64,000 nucleotides of DNA from a virus: the IMG/VR virus record IMGVR_UViG_3300029024_000001, one strand, 5' to 3'. The position numbers and the translations under genes are program-made. The notes beneath the pieces are model-generated. The model made no database searches. It was not told the origin of the DNA and worked only from the letters and a program-made list of their open reading frames with translations. The first letter of the stretch is position 1. The number at the start of each line of letters is the position of its first letter. Positions 46,166 through 55,495 of this stretch are shown here, piece by piece.

Positions 46166-46406
46166 ATCCTTCTGTTATTATTTTGTAAACAAGATCAGTC
46201 ATATCTTTGATGGTCTCCATATCATAATCAATAATAACAATATTGAATTTTTGTTCCACCATCATTTCAAGTTCAATTTGATCAAGAGAATCTAATCCAA
46301 GTTCTTTAAACGTCACATCTTCTTCATGAACTATATCCATTTCTGAATTAAGAAACTGAGTAATAATTATATCCTCTATTATCTTTCTGATTCTTACTTT
46401 TTCCAT
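46155..46406 (-). CDS. acpP: Acyl carrier protein
   Basis: It is 83 aa. LGLDSLDQIELEMMVEQKF matches the E. coli ACP segment LGADSLDTVELVMALEEEF, including the phosphopantetheine-attachment Ser in DSL. Confidence 0.8.
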   Translation of the reverse strand: MEKVRIRKIIEDIIITQFLNSEMDIVHEEDVTFKELGLDSLDQIELEMMVEQKFNIVIIDYDMETIKDMTDLVYKIITEGYGK

Positions 46407-47107
46407 TGCTTTCTAATTTTGTTAAATAAATACGTTTTTATGTTTTTCAATCTCTCTTTGTCTGTTTCAGAACTTCCGGTAAACAAATAATCCGGATTGC
46501 CTTTAGCCGGCGGCGTAGGCAATTTAGATACGGCAAACAACCAATCCATTTCCTTATTCTTCTTAGACTCCAAATAAGGCTCGGTAGCGATCTTAAATTT
46601 TTCAGCTATTAAGTCAAAGAGCTTTGAATTTTTAAGGTTCATATGGACTGAAAAAGCCTGAGAAGGCGGTTTCCATATGAAGTTACATAAGCTCATTGTA
46701 TAATCTCCTGACTCTGCTATATAAGATTCCGTTACCTGAAGTATGACCTCTTTCTTGAATGAGGTGTTACCCATAAACCAACACAATCTGGATTCCGCTT
46801 CTTTTCTGCTGACACCTATGTCTTTTGAATATGATTCGTACATTCCTATCATAATCTTCAACGTTTCCAGAACCTCGTCCGTCATTTCCGGTGTCTCTAT
46901 ATAATTCACAAAAGACGTTCCTTTGTTGGTTAATCTCATCACGCCTGATTTTAATTTCTCAACCAGGCCAAGCTCTATATACCTCCCAGCATCTTCTTCC
47001 GGCATGGCTTCGATCATAACCGTATCCTTCTGTCTTATGGCAAGAAGATTAGCAAGATCATTAGGAGTCATGTCTGATGCTGCAAGTTGTCTGAAATTGA
47101 TGTACAT
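46394..47107 (-). CDS. Hypothetical protein of 237 aa
   Basis: ORF overlapping the ACP gene start. Confidence 0.5.
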   Translation of the reverse strand: MYINFRQLAASDMTPNDLANLLAIRQKDTVMIEAMPEEDAGRYIELGLVEKLKSGVMRLTNKGTSFVNYIETPEMTDEVLETLKIMIGMYESYSKDIGVSRKEAESRLCWFMGNTSFKKEVILQVTESYIAESGDYTMSLCNFIWKPPSQAFSVHMNLKNSKLFDLIAEKFKIATEPYLESKKNKEMDWLFAVSKLPTPPAKGNPDYLFTGSSETDKERLKNIKTYLFNKIRKQWKK

Positions 47108-47109
47108 AC

Positions 47110-47307
47110 CTAATCAGCTTTAATAAAAATAACATTCTTGTTATCTTGTCTATCAACATGTCCACATGGACCAACAATTATGTCTGTACATGAACAAGAA
47201 TCGTAATCTTCGAATATACACCTATCGCATATATCACCTTCCACACATTTTAATCTTACAAGTCCGGCATCAAATACTTCTCCTACTTTAAATTCCTTCT
47301 TTTCCAT
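47110..47307 (-). CDS. Hypothetical Cys-rich small protein of 65 aa
   Basis: ORF. Confidence 0.4.
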   Translation of the reverse strand: MEKKEFKVGEVFDAGLVRLKCVEGDICDRCIFEDYDSCSCTDIIVGPCGHVDRQDNKNVIFIKAD

Positions 47308-47322
47308 ATTCCCTCCTTGTTT

Positions 47323-47925
47323 TTAACTGTTGTACCCTTCTTTAATAATCGAATTTCTACCGGTAGATACCGACTGGCGAAGATCGTCATGTACAGAATC
47401 TACCGTAGAATACTTGTTTCTGGTTGTAAAAATCACTTCCAGCATCTCCTTATAATCACCTAAAGCTACTTCATATCTCGGATCTACTTTGGCTTTTCTT
47501 TCAGCTTCGGCATTACTCTTAGCCAGCTCCCGGTCAAGAAGATCTTCTTTGATTCGATCAGCAATCATATCAAGCTCTTTTTTGATTACTTCGCCAGCTG
47601 CCCGAAGTTGACCTTCTACATCACCAAGCTGGTCTTGGATAGTTCCTATTTCTTTCTTTAAACGATCATATTCGTTAATCATACCCATATCACCTGCATA
47701 GCCGGAAAAGTCCTTGATTATTCTGGTTCCTTCTTTAAGGAGCTCAATGACTCGTCTTTTACGTTCTCTGCTTATTAAAGACGGAAGACGATAATTCATA
47801 TCCGCTACCGCCTTGTCATGTATGGAGTTGATTAAAAACATCTCTCTCTCATCCCCTGCAAACTCCGTAAGAACCAAAAGGAACTTACTTATCAGGTATT
47901 CGTTTTCTTCTACTGTAAGTCTCAC
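47323..47925 (-). CDS. Hypothetical coiled-coil protein. It has a GTG start abutting the TnpB right end.
   Basis: ORF. Confidence 0.45.
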   Translation of the reverse strand: MRLTVEENEYLISKFLLVLTEFAGDEREMFLINSIHDKAVADMNYRLPSLISRERKRRVIELLKEGTRIIKDFSGYAGDMGMINEYDRLKKEIGTIQDQLGDVEGQLRAAGEVIKKELDMIADRIKEDLLDRELAKSNAEAERKAKVDPRYEVALGDYKEMLEVIFTTRNKYSTVDSVHDDLRQSVSTGRNSIIKEGYNS

Positions 47926-48110
47926 GTTATTAAAATTTTAAATTTTATTCATTAAATTCACATCTATATTACAAAATGTTTACTCTAATCGGGTTAAACG
48001 CAAACCCACTATCGATTATCATGTTTACAAATGAATCACCGAATACTTTTCTACCTATCCCAATAGCTCCATTGATATCCGCATTTAACAACTTTCCAAC
48101 TGAGCTTTGG
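47906..48110 (-). ncRNA. Putative TnpB omega-RNA of copy B
   Basis: Inferred from IS605 TnpB biology and the conserved right-end region. The guide would be GTGAGACTTACAGTAGAAGA. Confidence 0.3.
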
Positions 48111-49200
48111 AATAATCCACGTTTCTTTCTTTTGCCTAAGTAAACATCATGCTTCCCTAATTTCTCAAAAGCTAAATGATCAACCTTTGATGTATAGGAT
48201 TCTTCATTAATTTGAAAGCTGATACCTACCAACTTACATTTATAGGATATTTTGTCTATAAGTCTTGAAAAAGGTATTTCAACAAACTTTTGATTAATCT
48301 TCTTTCCAAGATTAATCTTTTGTTTCCATCCTTTATTTAAACCTATTACGATACTACCAATGTTGTTAGTAATACAATAATTGACAATATATCGACTAAC
48401 CTTGTGGATGTAGTCTTCTATCCAAAAATTCCTATAATTATTTAGCTGTCTAAGTCTTTCAGAAGTACCCTTACCTCCAACATAAGACATTAACTTAGCT
48501 TTCCTCTTATTGTACCACTGATTAAAAGATTTCATAATCCGCCCGTTTACAATGAAAGGAACCAATCCGGCATTGCTGATACATGAACATAAATTATTCA
48601 ATCCTAAATCAATCGAAAGAACATTATCCTTATCAAGACTTAGATTATGTTCTTTCTTTTCATAAATTACTTCAACCACATAGCATGTAGATTGTGGAAT
48701 GATTCTAACCTGACATAATTTACTATCTCCTATTTCAGTTTTAATTGGTTGAATTATATTTTTAACAAAATGAATACAACCATCCTTCTTTAGCCTACAA
48801 GCAGAAGTTGTGAACACAACCATGTTCTGTTTCTTGCCTTTCTTGTACGAAGGTAGATGAGGACAACAATTATCGTATTTGGAAGGATTGTTTTCAAAAT
48901 CCTTCTTGAGTCTAATCCATGATTTTATATTTTTAAAAACTTGGCCAACTACTTGTTGAGAAACAGAAGTGGGCAAATTCCTGGAATCAAATTGATTTTC
49001 TCTACAAAGTTTGGTTGAAAATTCATATTCATTCAGATATTCTTTATTGAAGATACCTTTACGCGCATTATACAAGACATAATTATATAGCAATCCTGAT
49101 TTGAGGCAAATATCTTCAAATCTGTTATCTTTAATAATATGTTTTTCAACCAATCTCATCAATCAATTTTACTATTTGAAATTTCAATTTTATTACCTTT
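47926..49200 (-). mobile_element. IS200/IS605-family TnpB-only element, copy B, intact. Boundaries are approximate.
   Basis: It holds an intact tnpB. The right-end core gttattaaaatt (47926-47937) is shared with copy A. The left end fits into the 38 nt after the DnaB-like gene's stop. Confidence 0.6.
47969..49162 (-). CDS. tnpB: TnpB, the OrfB_IS605 RuvC-like RNA-guided nuclease family
   Basis: It is 397 aa with RuvC-I SIDLGLNN, RuvC-II INEESYTSK and RuvC-III NADINGAIGI. Confidence 0.8.
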   Translation of the reverse strand: MMRLVEKHIIKDNRFEDICLKSGLLYNYVLYNARKGIFNKEYLNEYEFSTKLCRENQFDSRNLPTSVSQQVVGQVFKNIKSWIRLKKDFENNPSKYDNCCPHLPSYKKGKKQNMVVFTTSACRLKKDGCIHFVKNIIQPIKTEIGDSKLCQVRIIPQSTCYVVEVIYEKKEHNLSLDKDNVLSIDLGLNNLCSCISNAGLVPFIVNGRIMKSFNQWYNKRKAKLMSYVGGKGTSERLRQLNNYRNFWIEDYIHKVSRYIVNYCITNNIGSIVIGLNKGWKQKINLGKKINQKFVEIPFSRLIDKISYKCKLVGISFQINEESYTSKVDHLAFEKLGKHDVYLGKRKKRGLFQSSVGKLLNADINGAIGIGRKVFGDSFVNMIIDSGFAFNPIRVNIL

Positions 49201-50310
49201 TTAATATACTGACTGTTCTTGATTATCCGTAACGTCTTCCACAGTATAGAGCTTGGGCGGCGTCGGCGGCTGGTTGGGATTCACGAACTTCGTCCCTCCC
49301 TCCCCGTACATCCATCCATGCCCTGGCAGAATCTCTGGGTGGATTGTGTTAGTAAGCTCTTCCATGCTAACCTGCCTTACTTTCAGTATATGATGAAACA
49401 CCAGTCCGGCTGTTCTGAATGATGTTTTGTTTTCAGTTTTAAACCGATCAAGAGTCTGATACCAGTCTTTCCCAAATATCATATACTTATCCAGCCCGTA
49501 CCGACGAGGATTATGCAAACCTATCATTAACGTACATAACTGACCCAGTGTATCAGATTGGTAAAAATCAGAAAGACGCGGAGGCTGCTCTTGTGGACTT
49601 TTTATCCTTCCTTCTATCTCTCTGTTGAATTGGGATATGATGAGGAAAAATATGTTTTTATATACTAATTTAGCCTCATTTATAACCGCCACCAAATCAT
49701 CTATAGCCGACTTAGGATCTAATCCCATTCTTTTTATCAAAGCAATATGATCGACTTTAAATATTATAAGACGTTTGTCTTTATGTTTGGTAGCTATATG
49801 ATACACAGCCGCCTCAAACTCTTTTACCGTACACGGAGCATCGATGTATATTATATTATTTCTGATTTCACCTTGAAGGATTTCAAACATCCTCATCTCT
49901 TCTACTGTATTAGAATCTTGCCTTCTTAATATTTCAGGAGCTCGCTTTTTCATATCCTGGCTCATTCTGCGAAGAAGAAGATCTTGAGGATTCATTTCGA
50001 ACTCGCAATTAACAAGAAAATAATCTTCTGCTTGCGGGTTGATCATCGGATTCATAACATTTTCCAATATCTTTTGGGCCACATACGATTTACCTACAGA
50101 TGGCCGGGCCCCTATAGCAATAGCATGCTGAGGAAAAATACCTCCAAGCAAAGCCTCATCAATATAATCGTATCCTGTTTTAGCGGGGATAAGCTCTCCC
50201 CGCCTGTATTTCAAGATATTCTCATACGCCTCTTCCATAACCTGTTTAGAGGTCTTGAATATCCTTCTTATATCTATCCTATTTGCTATCTCCTCTTGCA
50301 TTTTTGTCAC
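49201..50310 (-). CDS. DnaB-family replicative helicase, RecA-like C-terminal domain
   Basis: It has Walker A AIGARPSVGKS, Walker B LIIFKVDHIAL, an H3 motif ISQFNRE and an Arg-finger-like HNPRRYG. Confidence 0.7.
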   Translation of the reverse strand: MTKMQEEIANRIDIRRIFKTSKQVMEEAYENILKYRRGELIPAKTGYDYIDEALLGGIFPQHAIAIGARPSVGKSYVAQKILENVMNPMINPQAEDYFLVNCEFEMNPQDLLLRRMSQDMKKRAPEILRRQDSNTVEEMRMFEILQGEIRNNIIYIDAPCTVKEFEAAVYHIATKHKDKRLIIFKVDHIALIKRMGLDPKSAIDDLVAVINEAKLVYKNIFFLIISQFNREIEGRIKSPQEQPPRLSDFYQSDTLGQLCTLMIGLHNPRRYGLDKYMIFGKDWYQTLDRFKTENKTSFRTAGLVFHHILKVRQVSMEELTNTIHPEILPGHGWMYGEGGTKFVNPNQPPTPPKLYTVEDVTDNQEQSVY

Positions 50311-50557
50311 CTTTTGTATCCGATTTGGATCCCCTATTAGCTTTTACTGATTTATACCTAAGACCGTTCTTGGTATGAGAACAATCCTTGCCTTTCCTCC
50401 AGCCCTTGCCCTTTTTCTTGTCCGTTTCGTAGTTTTTACGACCAAGTTCCCGGCGTTTTGCTTTCTGTTCCGGTCTGGCATTTATTTCCTTGTCCTTTTT
50501 AGCCTTTTTCTTCCTGGCTTCGGGATGAGTCCTGTAGTACTCCGTCGATCTACCCAT
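50279..50557 (-). CDS. Highly basic Lys/Arg-rich small protein, possibly DNA-binding
   Basis: It is a 92-aa low-complexity basic ORF overlapping the helicase gene's 5' end. Confidence 0.4.
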   Translation of the reverse strand: MGRSTEYYRTHPEARKKKAKKDKEINARPEQKAKRRELGRKNYETDKKKGKGWRKGKDCSHTKNGLRYKSVKANRGSKSDTKGDKNARGDSK

Positions 50558-50609
50558 GTGCTTATATTTTTTTTGATTAATAATAGCACAAAGATAGGCA
50601 ATTCGCGCC

Positions 50610-51176
50610 CTATTTCAACCTGCCGTAGCTCATATCAGGATCACACCAGACATACCCATCTTTCTCATCATGGAGATACTCAGGACATCCTCTGCATGCG
50701 CTACTTCCTGACACTATTTGATTGTTTTTATTAGGACACTTATCTCCAGGTTTATGCCATTCTATTCTCGAACCTGATCGTTCTTTGTTTACATGACAGA
50801 ACTGAAATACTTTTCCCATCGTCTTCTCGCCGAACATACCTATATGCGTGTATTCTTCTGGTATAGATAAAAATTCGGATAAATCTTTATACATCCTTTC
50901 CCGTTCTTCCGGCGTAGACCATAGTCTATCAAGTTCGGCATGGACTCTTACCTTAAGAGACCTCAGTGATGGTCCTGCAAGCCGGCCTTTAGCTTTTCCC
51001 TTATTTGGCCCTGATTCATGAACACCGACATAAGCATTGCATGGTTTACACATCATAACCATCCCTAAGCCTTTTCTGTTATATATTTTATCGGCATTGA
51101 CCAGCTCGGTTTCCCTTCCGCAATAAGGACAAATTTCGCCTCTTAAAATCCGTTGTTGGCGCTCATTAAGTTCCAT
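50610..51176 (-). CDS. Zinc-ribbon protein, DUF3268-like
   Basis: CPYCG...CKPCNAYVGVH...LW resembles the DUF3268 zinc-finger family as I remember it. Confidence 0.4.
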   Translation of the reverse strand: MELNERQQRILRGEICPYCGRETELVNADKIYNRKGLGMVMMCKPCNAYVGVHESGPNKGKAKGRLAGPSLRSLKVRVHAELDRLWSTPEERERMYKDLSEFLSIPEEYTHIGMFGEKTMGKVFQFCHVNKERSGSRIEWHKPGDKCPNKNNQIVSGSSACRGCPEYLHDEKDGYVWCDPDMSYGRLK

Positions 51177-51418
51177 ACCCTATTCTTTTGTTTTTCTTTA
51201 AACTTTTCATACAAACTGCTTTCAGTTTCCATTTCTGAGATCTCTACCTCTACGTCCTCTCTTTTGAAAATTACTTTCTTGGCTGTCGGATACGCGCATT
51301 TAGAGATACGAATAGCATTACGAATAGCGTAAACAAAATACGTTTCTGGTGACGATTCGATCACCACTACCTCGTTTAAAGTGTTTTTGTAATTTTCCAT
51401 ATTATCTGCTTGCTTCAA
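51143..51418 (-). CDS. Hypothetical protein of 91 aa
   Basis: ORF. Confidence 0.45.
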   Translation of the reverse strand: MKQADNMENYKNTLNEVVVIESSPETYFVYAIRNAIRISKCAYPTAKKVIFKREDVEVEISEMETESSLYEKFKEKQKNRVWNLMSANNGF

Positions 51419-51752
51419 TTATATAACCTGGATTATCTTCACACGCCTCTTTGTATTCGATAAGAAACTTAAGAAATGAATCATAAGACCCCCATCCGTT
51501 TTCCGGCTCGTATCTCAAAAGACTTTTTCTCTTAGAGATCATAATACATATACCTTTTGTAAGTACATTCTTCATCTCATCGGTATCTATTTCCCTACCC
51601 AATTCTTCTGGTCTCCAAACATAATCGTATAGCGTTTCTTTATTTTCTGATACGAATATTCTTTGTGCCATCTTGTTCATGTTGTGGGTAATGTTTGCAA
51701 CCCATTCACGATCTTCTTTCTTCTTGTTCTTAATATAAACGTCCAGGCTCAT
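51402..51752 (-). CDS. Hypothetical protein of 116 aa
   Basis: ORF. Confidence 0.45.
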   Translation of the reverse strand: MSLDVYIKNKKKEDREWVANITHNMNKMAQRIFVSENKETLYDYVWRPEELGREIDTDEMKNVLTKGICIMISKRKSLLRYEPENGWGSYDSFLKFLIEYKEACEDNPGYIIEASR

Positions 51753-52743
51753 AATATTTTTCTTTTACCTTGTTATTGATTATCAAATCTGCCACATCAT
51801 CTCCGTCTCCTACATTTTCAACACTTTGAAGATAGTCTGATACTTTTATCCTTGACTTCATCATCATCCCATCTATCTTTTTACTCCATGTCTCAAATGC
51901 TTGTCCTTTGTCCGGAAAGGCTACAGTCTTTCTATCTTTTAAAACATCTATCACTTCCGGCCTTAGATTCTGCAACCCACCGGTAGCCACAAATAACTCA
52001 TCCGGTTTATTTACGGCACATATAATAGCCGTCTTTTCTGATTCCACCAAATTAACCACCTTATCCGGATACTGGCTTAGAAGATGCTCTCCGAACAGGC
52101 ATTGTCTAAACAAGAAATCTCTTGCATGCAACGAGTGATAAAACATAACATGAGGCCGCTCATTGTCACCGTCTTTTTCCTTCACTCTTTTTACATCAAT
52201 CTCATTCCCCTGGCTGTCGGTCTTTATACAAAAGTCCATGATCTTGCCGGTTCTGCATACAAAATCTTTGTCTATCTGCCAGAATATACAACACCCTTTC
52301 CATCCCCATAAGTCCATTGTTCCGACATGATACCTTCTGAATACATCAGATACCCTTTCTTTTCCCCATAGAGACGATAAAAATCTAAATACGGTGTTTC
52401 TATCGTCTGGGACTACAGTCCTCTCAAACTCGCTAAAAGGTATGTAATTTACAACGTCAGGATTTATAGGAGGACGATAAGCTCTTATACACTTATTTCC
52501 CGAAATCCAAAGATCTTTGTCACCTACATCCTTACCAGTGGGTCGTTTATCGTAACCGCAAGTCCGTTCGTGATCGCATCTTCCGAACTCGTTTCCAACA
52601 ACCTGACCTGTTGCCACATCAATATAAGGAGTGAGGCACCGGCTTTTCCCGCAAGCTGGGCAGGTTAGCTTCAGTCGGCTCCTGCCCGGCCTGCGGTCAA
52701 GTTGAAACCGAGGTACGTTTTCGTATTTTCTAAAATCAAGCAT
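51730..52743 (-). CDS. Putative DNA primase with a zinc ribbon and a TOPRIM-like domain
   Basis: The N-terminus has CPACG...C.HERTC. The C-terminus has ESEKTAIICA and VGDGDDVADLI, which resemble a TOPRIM Glu and DxD. It lies near the DnaB-like helicase. Confidence 0.4.
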   Translation of the reverse strand: MLDFRKYENVPRFQLDRRPGRSRLKLTCPACGKSRCLTPYIDVATGQVVGNEFGRCDHERTCGYDKRPTGKDVGDKDLWISGNKCIRAYRPPINPDVVNYIPFSEFERTVVPDDRNTVFRFLSSLWGKERVSDVFRRYHVGTMDLWGWKGCCIFWQIDKDFVCRTGKIMDFCIKTDSQGNEIDVKRVKEKDGDNERPHVMFYHSLHARDFLFRQCLFGEHLLSQYPDKVVNLVESEKTAIICAVNKPDELFVATGGLQNLRPEVIDVLKDRKTVAFPDKGQAFETWSKKIDGMMMKSRIKVSDYLQSVENVGDGDDVADLIINNKVKEKYYEPGRLY

Positions 52744-53086
52744 TTTTAACTCCTCTCATCGCCTCTATGATTCTATCTGCTATAGTTATAGACCATGACA
52801 CCACATCTGGTACATATACTCCGCAATCTATTTCACCTTTTCTATTTTGTGCTTTAACAAACTCAATAGAATAAGCCTTGATAAGATCGAATCTACGTTG
52901 CTCCCAGTCTACATCTTTGTTTTCGTCATTTACAGGAAGGGTATCGAGATAAAAATTTAAACTCTCACTTATCACATTCCCATTATCACCATAGAACTGT
53001 ATTCTGTCATGGTCGCTTCTTGTAGTTGAGCTACTGAAAGTGATTACGTCTATTATCTCTCCTGTTCTTCTAATTTTTCTTTTCAT
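52736..53086 (-). CDS. Hypothetical protein of 116 aa
   Basis: ORF. Confidence 0.45.
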   Translation of the reverse strand: MKRKIRRTGEIIDVITFSSSTTRSDHDRIQFYGDNGNVISESLNFYLDTLPVNDENKDVDWEQRRFDLIKAYSIEFVKAQNRKGEIDCGVYVPDVVSWSITIADRIIEAMRGVKNA

Positions 53087-53316
53087 ACTCTTCTTGTATT
53101 TCTGACCAATATAGGCATTATTATTTCGATGGTCTTGCCATATTTCTTATGAGATGCAAGTACACATATTGCATATTTATCTCCTATTCTCAAATCTTTC
53201 GATAATCTTAATTTTGAACCCCTTTCGATGTTAATAAAACAATCACCAAAAGGGTTGATATGTATCGGTTTTACAATTTCCACAAAATCTCCTTCAGGAA
53301 TAATAACATCGCTCAT
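53083..53316 (-). CDS. Hypothetical protein of 77 aa
   Basis: ORF. Confidence 0.4.
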   Translation of the reverse strand: MSDVIIPEGDFVEIVKPIHINPFGDCFINIERGSKLRLSKDLRIGDKYAICVLASHKKYGKTIEIIMPILVRNTRRV

Positions 53317-54629
53317 ATTATAAATCTTTTAGACATTTCCTCTGTAATATCATATACAACCGTATGATCCTCTTCATTGTATGGTTTATTGATATTCAGC
53401 ACTCCTTTTCTCACTTTAAACTTCTTATCTTTTCTAAGGTGATTCAACATACCTTGTTGGAACACGCAATCCGCCTTTTCAAGTGCTATACTGTCTTCTG
53501 TCCATTCTTTCAGCGTATATCCTTTGCTGCTCGTGCTTTTTGGAGAAAAGTTCATAATACGTGCATCAATCCCATACCATGCTTTAACCATTCTTCTTTC
53601 AGCTTCTAATTGAAATGCGTATGATTCCCATATTCCCCCTGATTTAAAGTCGAGAATAACCACTTCTTCCTTCTCCACTTCTCTTACCTCCTTCTTCGGA
53701 TCGCCTTTTTTAAACTGCCCTGTAGCCCTTTGATACACGGCTCCAAAATAACCTTCTTCTTTGTATTTGAATGTCATTTTAACCATCGCATCTATCGGCG
53801 TAGCTACCAAATAATCTTCTAATGACAATATTCTTTCAATCATCATCGGCTTAACCTTATACTCCGAACAAAACTTAGCAAACTTCATAACTCTGACAAT
53901 CATATCATCAAGATCATCTATGCTACCAAAGAATTTGTCAAGATTCTTTTTCGATATCTTCAGCTTGCCTTCTTGTACTGTTTTGATGATAAAGCTTCGA
54001 TTTAAGACTATATCTCTACCTGTTAGGTACAATCCGTACATATAGTGCATGATCGTTCCCTTATCAGCTTCATACTGTGCCACCTCTTCCGGATTGCGAC
54101 CAAGCATCTTCATCTCTTGCTTCCATTCCTGAAGTGCGGTCTTATCATCTACATACCCATCTTTGATTAAAGTTGTTACCGAAGCATATATCTTGGCCGT
54201 CCCATCATCCATCTTCCTTACATAAAAACGATTATCGTCTAATGTCAATCTTACGAATTTAGGAGTCTCAATCTTCTTCAACTCATCGCAGATATAAAAT
54301 GGCTCTAATGTTTCCTGATTTTCTATAAACGGATTCGAATCTTCTTCTCCAGGGTTAGGAGCGGCTTCCTCCGCCTGAGCTTCCGGTTCCTCCTTCTGGG
54401 CCTGCTCTGGCTCAGGCGCCGGCTCTTCAACTACTGGAACCTGTCCACCTTTTTCTGCTATGTCTCTGTTCTTTATTAAAGACATAACCTCCTTCTTCAA
54501 CTGCTCTGGTGTTTGGTTAGGATCTGACACCGACATCACAACATCGTTCATTCTAAACAACGTATTTCCTTCTCCTTCTACCATAGGCGCAAACCCTAAA
54601 TCTGTCAATATTTTTATCTTCTCTTTCAT
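53313..54629 (-). CDS. Putative PD-(D/E)xK recombination nuclease, lambda-exonuclease or YqaJ-like
   Basis: ATPIDAMVKM, then 40 aa, then VVILDFKSGG gives the D...(D/E)xK pattern. YAFQLEAERRM gives a QxxxE/Y motif. The N-terminus has an acidic Pro/Glu-rich linker. Confidence 0.4.
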   Translation of the reverse strand: MKEKIKILTDLGFAPMVEGEGNTLFRMNDVVMSVSDPNQTPEQLKKEVMSLIKNRDIAEKGGQVPVVEEPAPEPEQAQKEEPEAQAEEAAPNPGEEDSNPFIENQETLEPFYICDELKKIETPKFVRLTLDDNRFYVRKMDDGTAKIYASVTTLIKDGYVDDKTALQEWKQEMKMLGRNPEEVAQYEADKGTIMHYMYGLYLTGRDIVLNRSFIIKTVQEGKLKISKKNLDKFFGSIDDLDDMIVRVMKFAKFCSEYKVKPMMIERILSLEDYLVATPIDAMVKMTFKYKEEGYFGAVYQRATGQFKKGDPKKEVREVEKEEVVILDFKSGGIWESYAFQLEAERRMVKAWYGIDARIMNFSPKSTSSKGYTLKEWTEDSIALEKADCVFQQGMLNHLRKDKKFKVRKGVLNINKPYNEEDHTVVYDITEEMSKRFII

Positions 54630-54811
54630 GATCTTCCTCTAATCAATTCTTCTTTAATACAATGTAACACTGTTTCCACTTCATCTTTATCTCTATCTTT
54701 CACTGCGATAGCTATATCCTTGCCATAACTCTCTCTTTGTATGTGAGCATAAAAGATAGTTTCATTGTCAGCTTCTATTCTTATTTTATAAAGCTTTCTC
54801 ATATCTGTCAA
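54626..54811 (-). CDS. Hypothetical protein of 61 aa
   Basis: ORF. Confidence 0.35.
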   Translation of the reverse strand: MTDMRKLYKIRIEADNETIFYAHIQRESYGKDIAIAVKDRDKDEVETVLHCIKEELIRGRS

Positions 54812-55310
54812 TTATTTCAATAATTAATCTACCTCTTTCTTTAATCATCCCCCTGCTTTCCATATCCAGCACCTTCTTTACCGCATACTTCCATACAAAA
54901 GGAAATTCTGTTTCAAGTTTATCAAATTCCATCCGGTCAAGATACATGTCGAATACCGTATGCTCCGATTCATGTAGAAAAACTATATTATCTCTGCAAG
55001 TGGCAACCGACTTATATATCCTTTTTGGAAGTATGTGACAGACGTTACATACTGTAGGAAAATGAATAGCCTTACCAGTCATAGACATTCGAATGCTACC
55101 CAACTCCTCCAACATAAGACGAAAAAACCCAGATAAATCCGGGTTCTCTAACTTTTTCTTCTTGCTGCTGTTTTTAATGGATGTAATTCTGTTTTTTTTC
55201 TTCGGAGTCAACTCTTTGCTCCTACAAGCCTGGCATAAGCCATGACTTCTTATCATCACTTTTCGTCCGCATCGTTCGCAGACGTATAGCTTCTTTTCCT
55301 TGCTTTCCAT
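54786..55310 (-). CDS. Hypothetical zinc-ribbon protein of 174 aa
   Basis: It has CERCG...CQAC. Confidence 0.45.
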   Translation of the reverse strand: MESKEKKLYVCERCGRKVMIRSHGLCQACRSKELTPKKKNRITSIKNSSKKKKLENPDLSGFFRLMLEELGSIRMSMTGKAIHFPTVCNVCHILPKRIYKSVATCRDNIVFLHESEHTVFDMYLDRMEFDKLETEFPFVWKYAVKKVLDMESRGMIKERGRLIIEIIDRYEKAL

Positions 55311-55495
55311 TCGAATAATAATGATATTATTGAAAAGAACAATCCCGCTGAAGCCAGTAGATAAGGTACGTTCATTAATAATTTAGATACCTCGTCTGTC
55401 TTAATCACTATCAGAAGGAAAGCGCCTGCTGAAAGCAATGATATTATCGCCACAACAAGCGCTATGTTGGAAACTACATCAGCCTTACTCTTCAC
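55256..55495 (-). CDS. Small two-transmembrane-helix membrane protein of 79 aa
   Basis: It has two hydrophobic helices. Confidence 0.4.
   Translation of the reverse strand: MKSKADVVSNIALVVAIISLLSAGAFLLIVIKTDEVSKLLMNVPYLLASAGLFFSIISLLFEWKARKRSYTSANDADEK

Noticed and set aside
46394-47107. A phosphopantetheinyl transferase assignment for the gene next to the ACP, based on a KEAESR motif
   Set aside because: The metal-binding GxD/E motifs of PPTases were not found, and the match is too weak.
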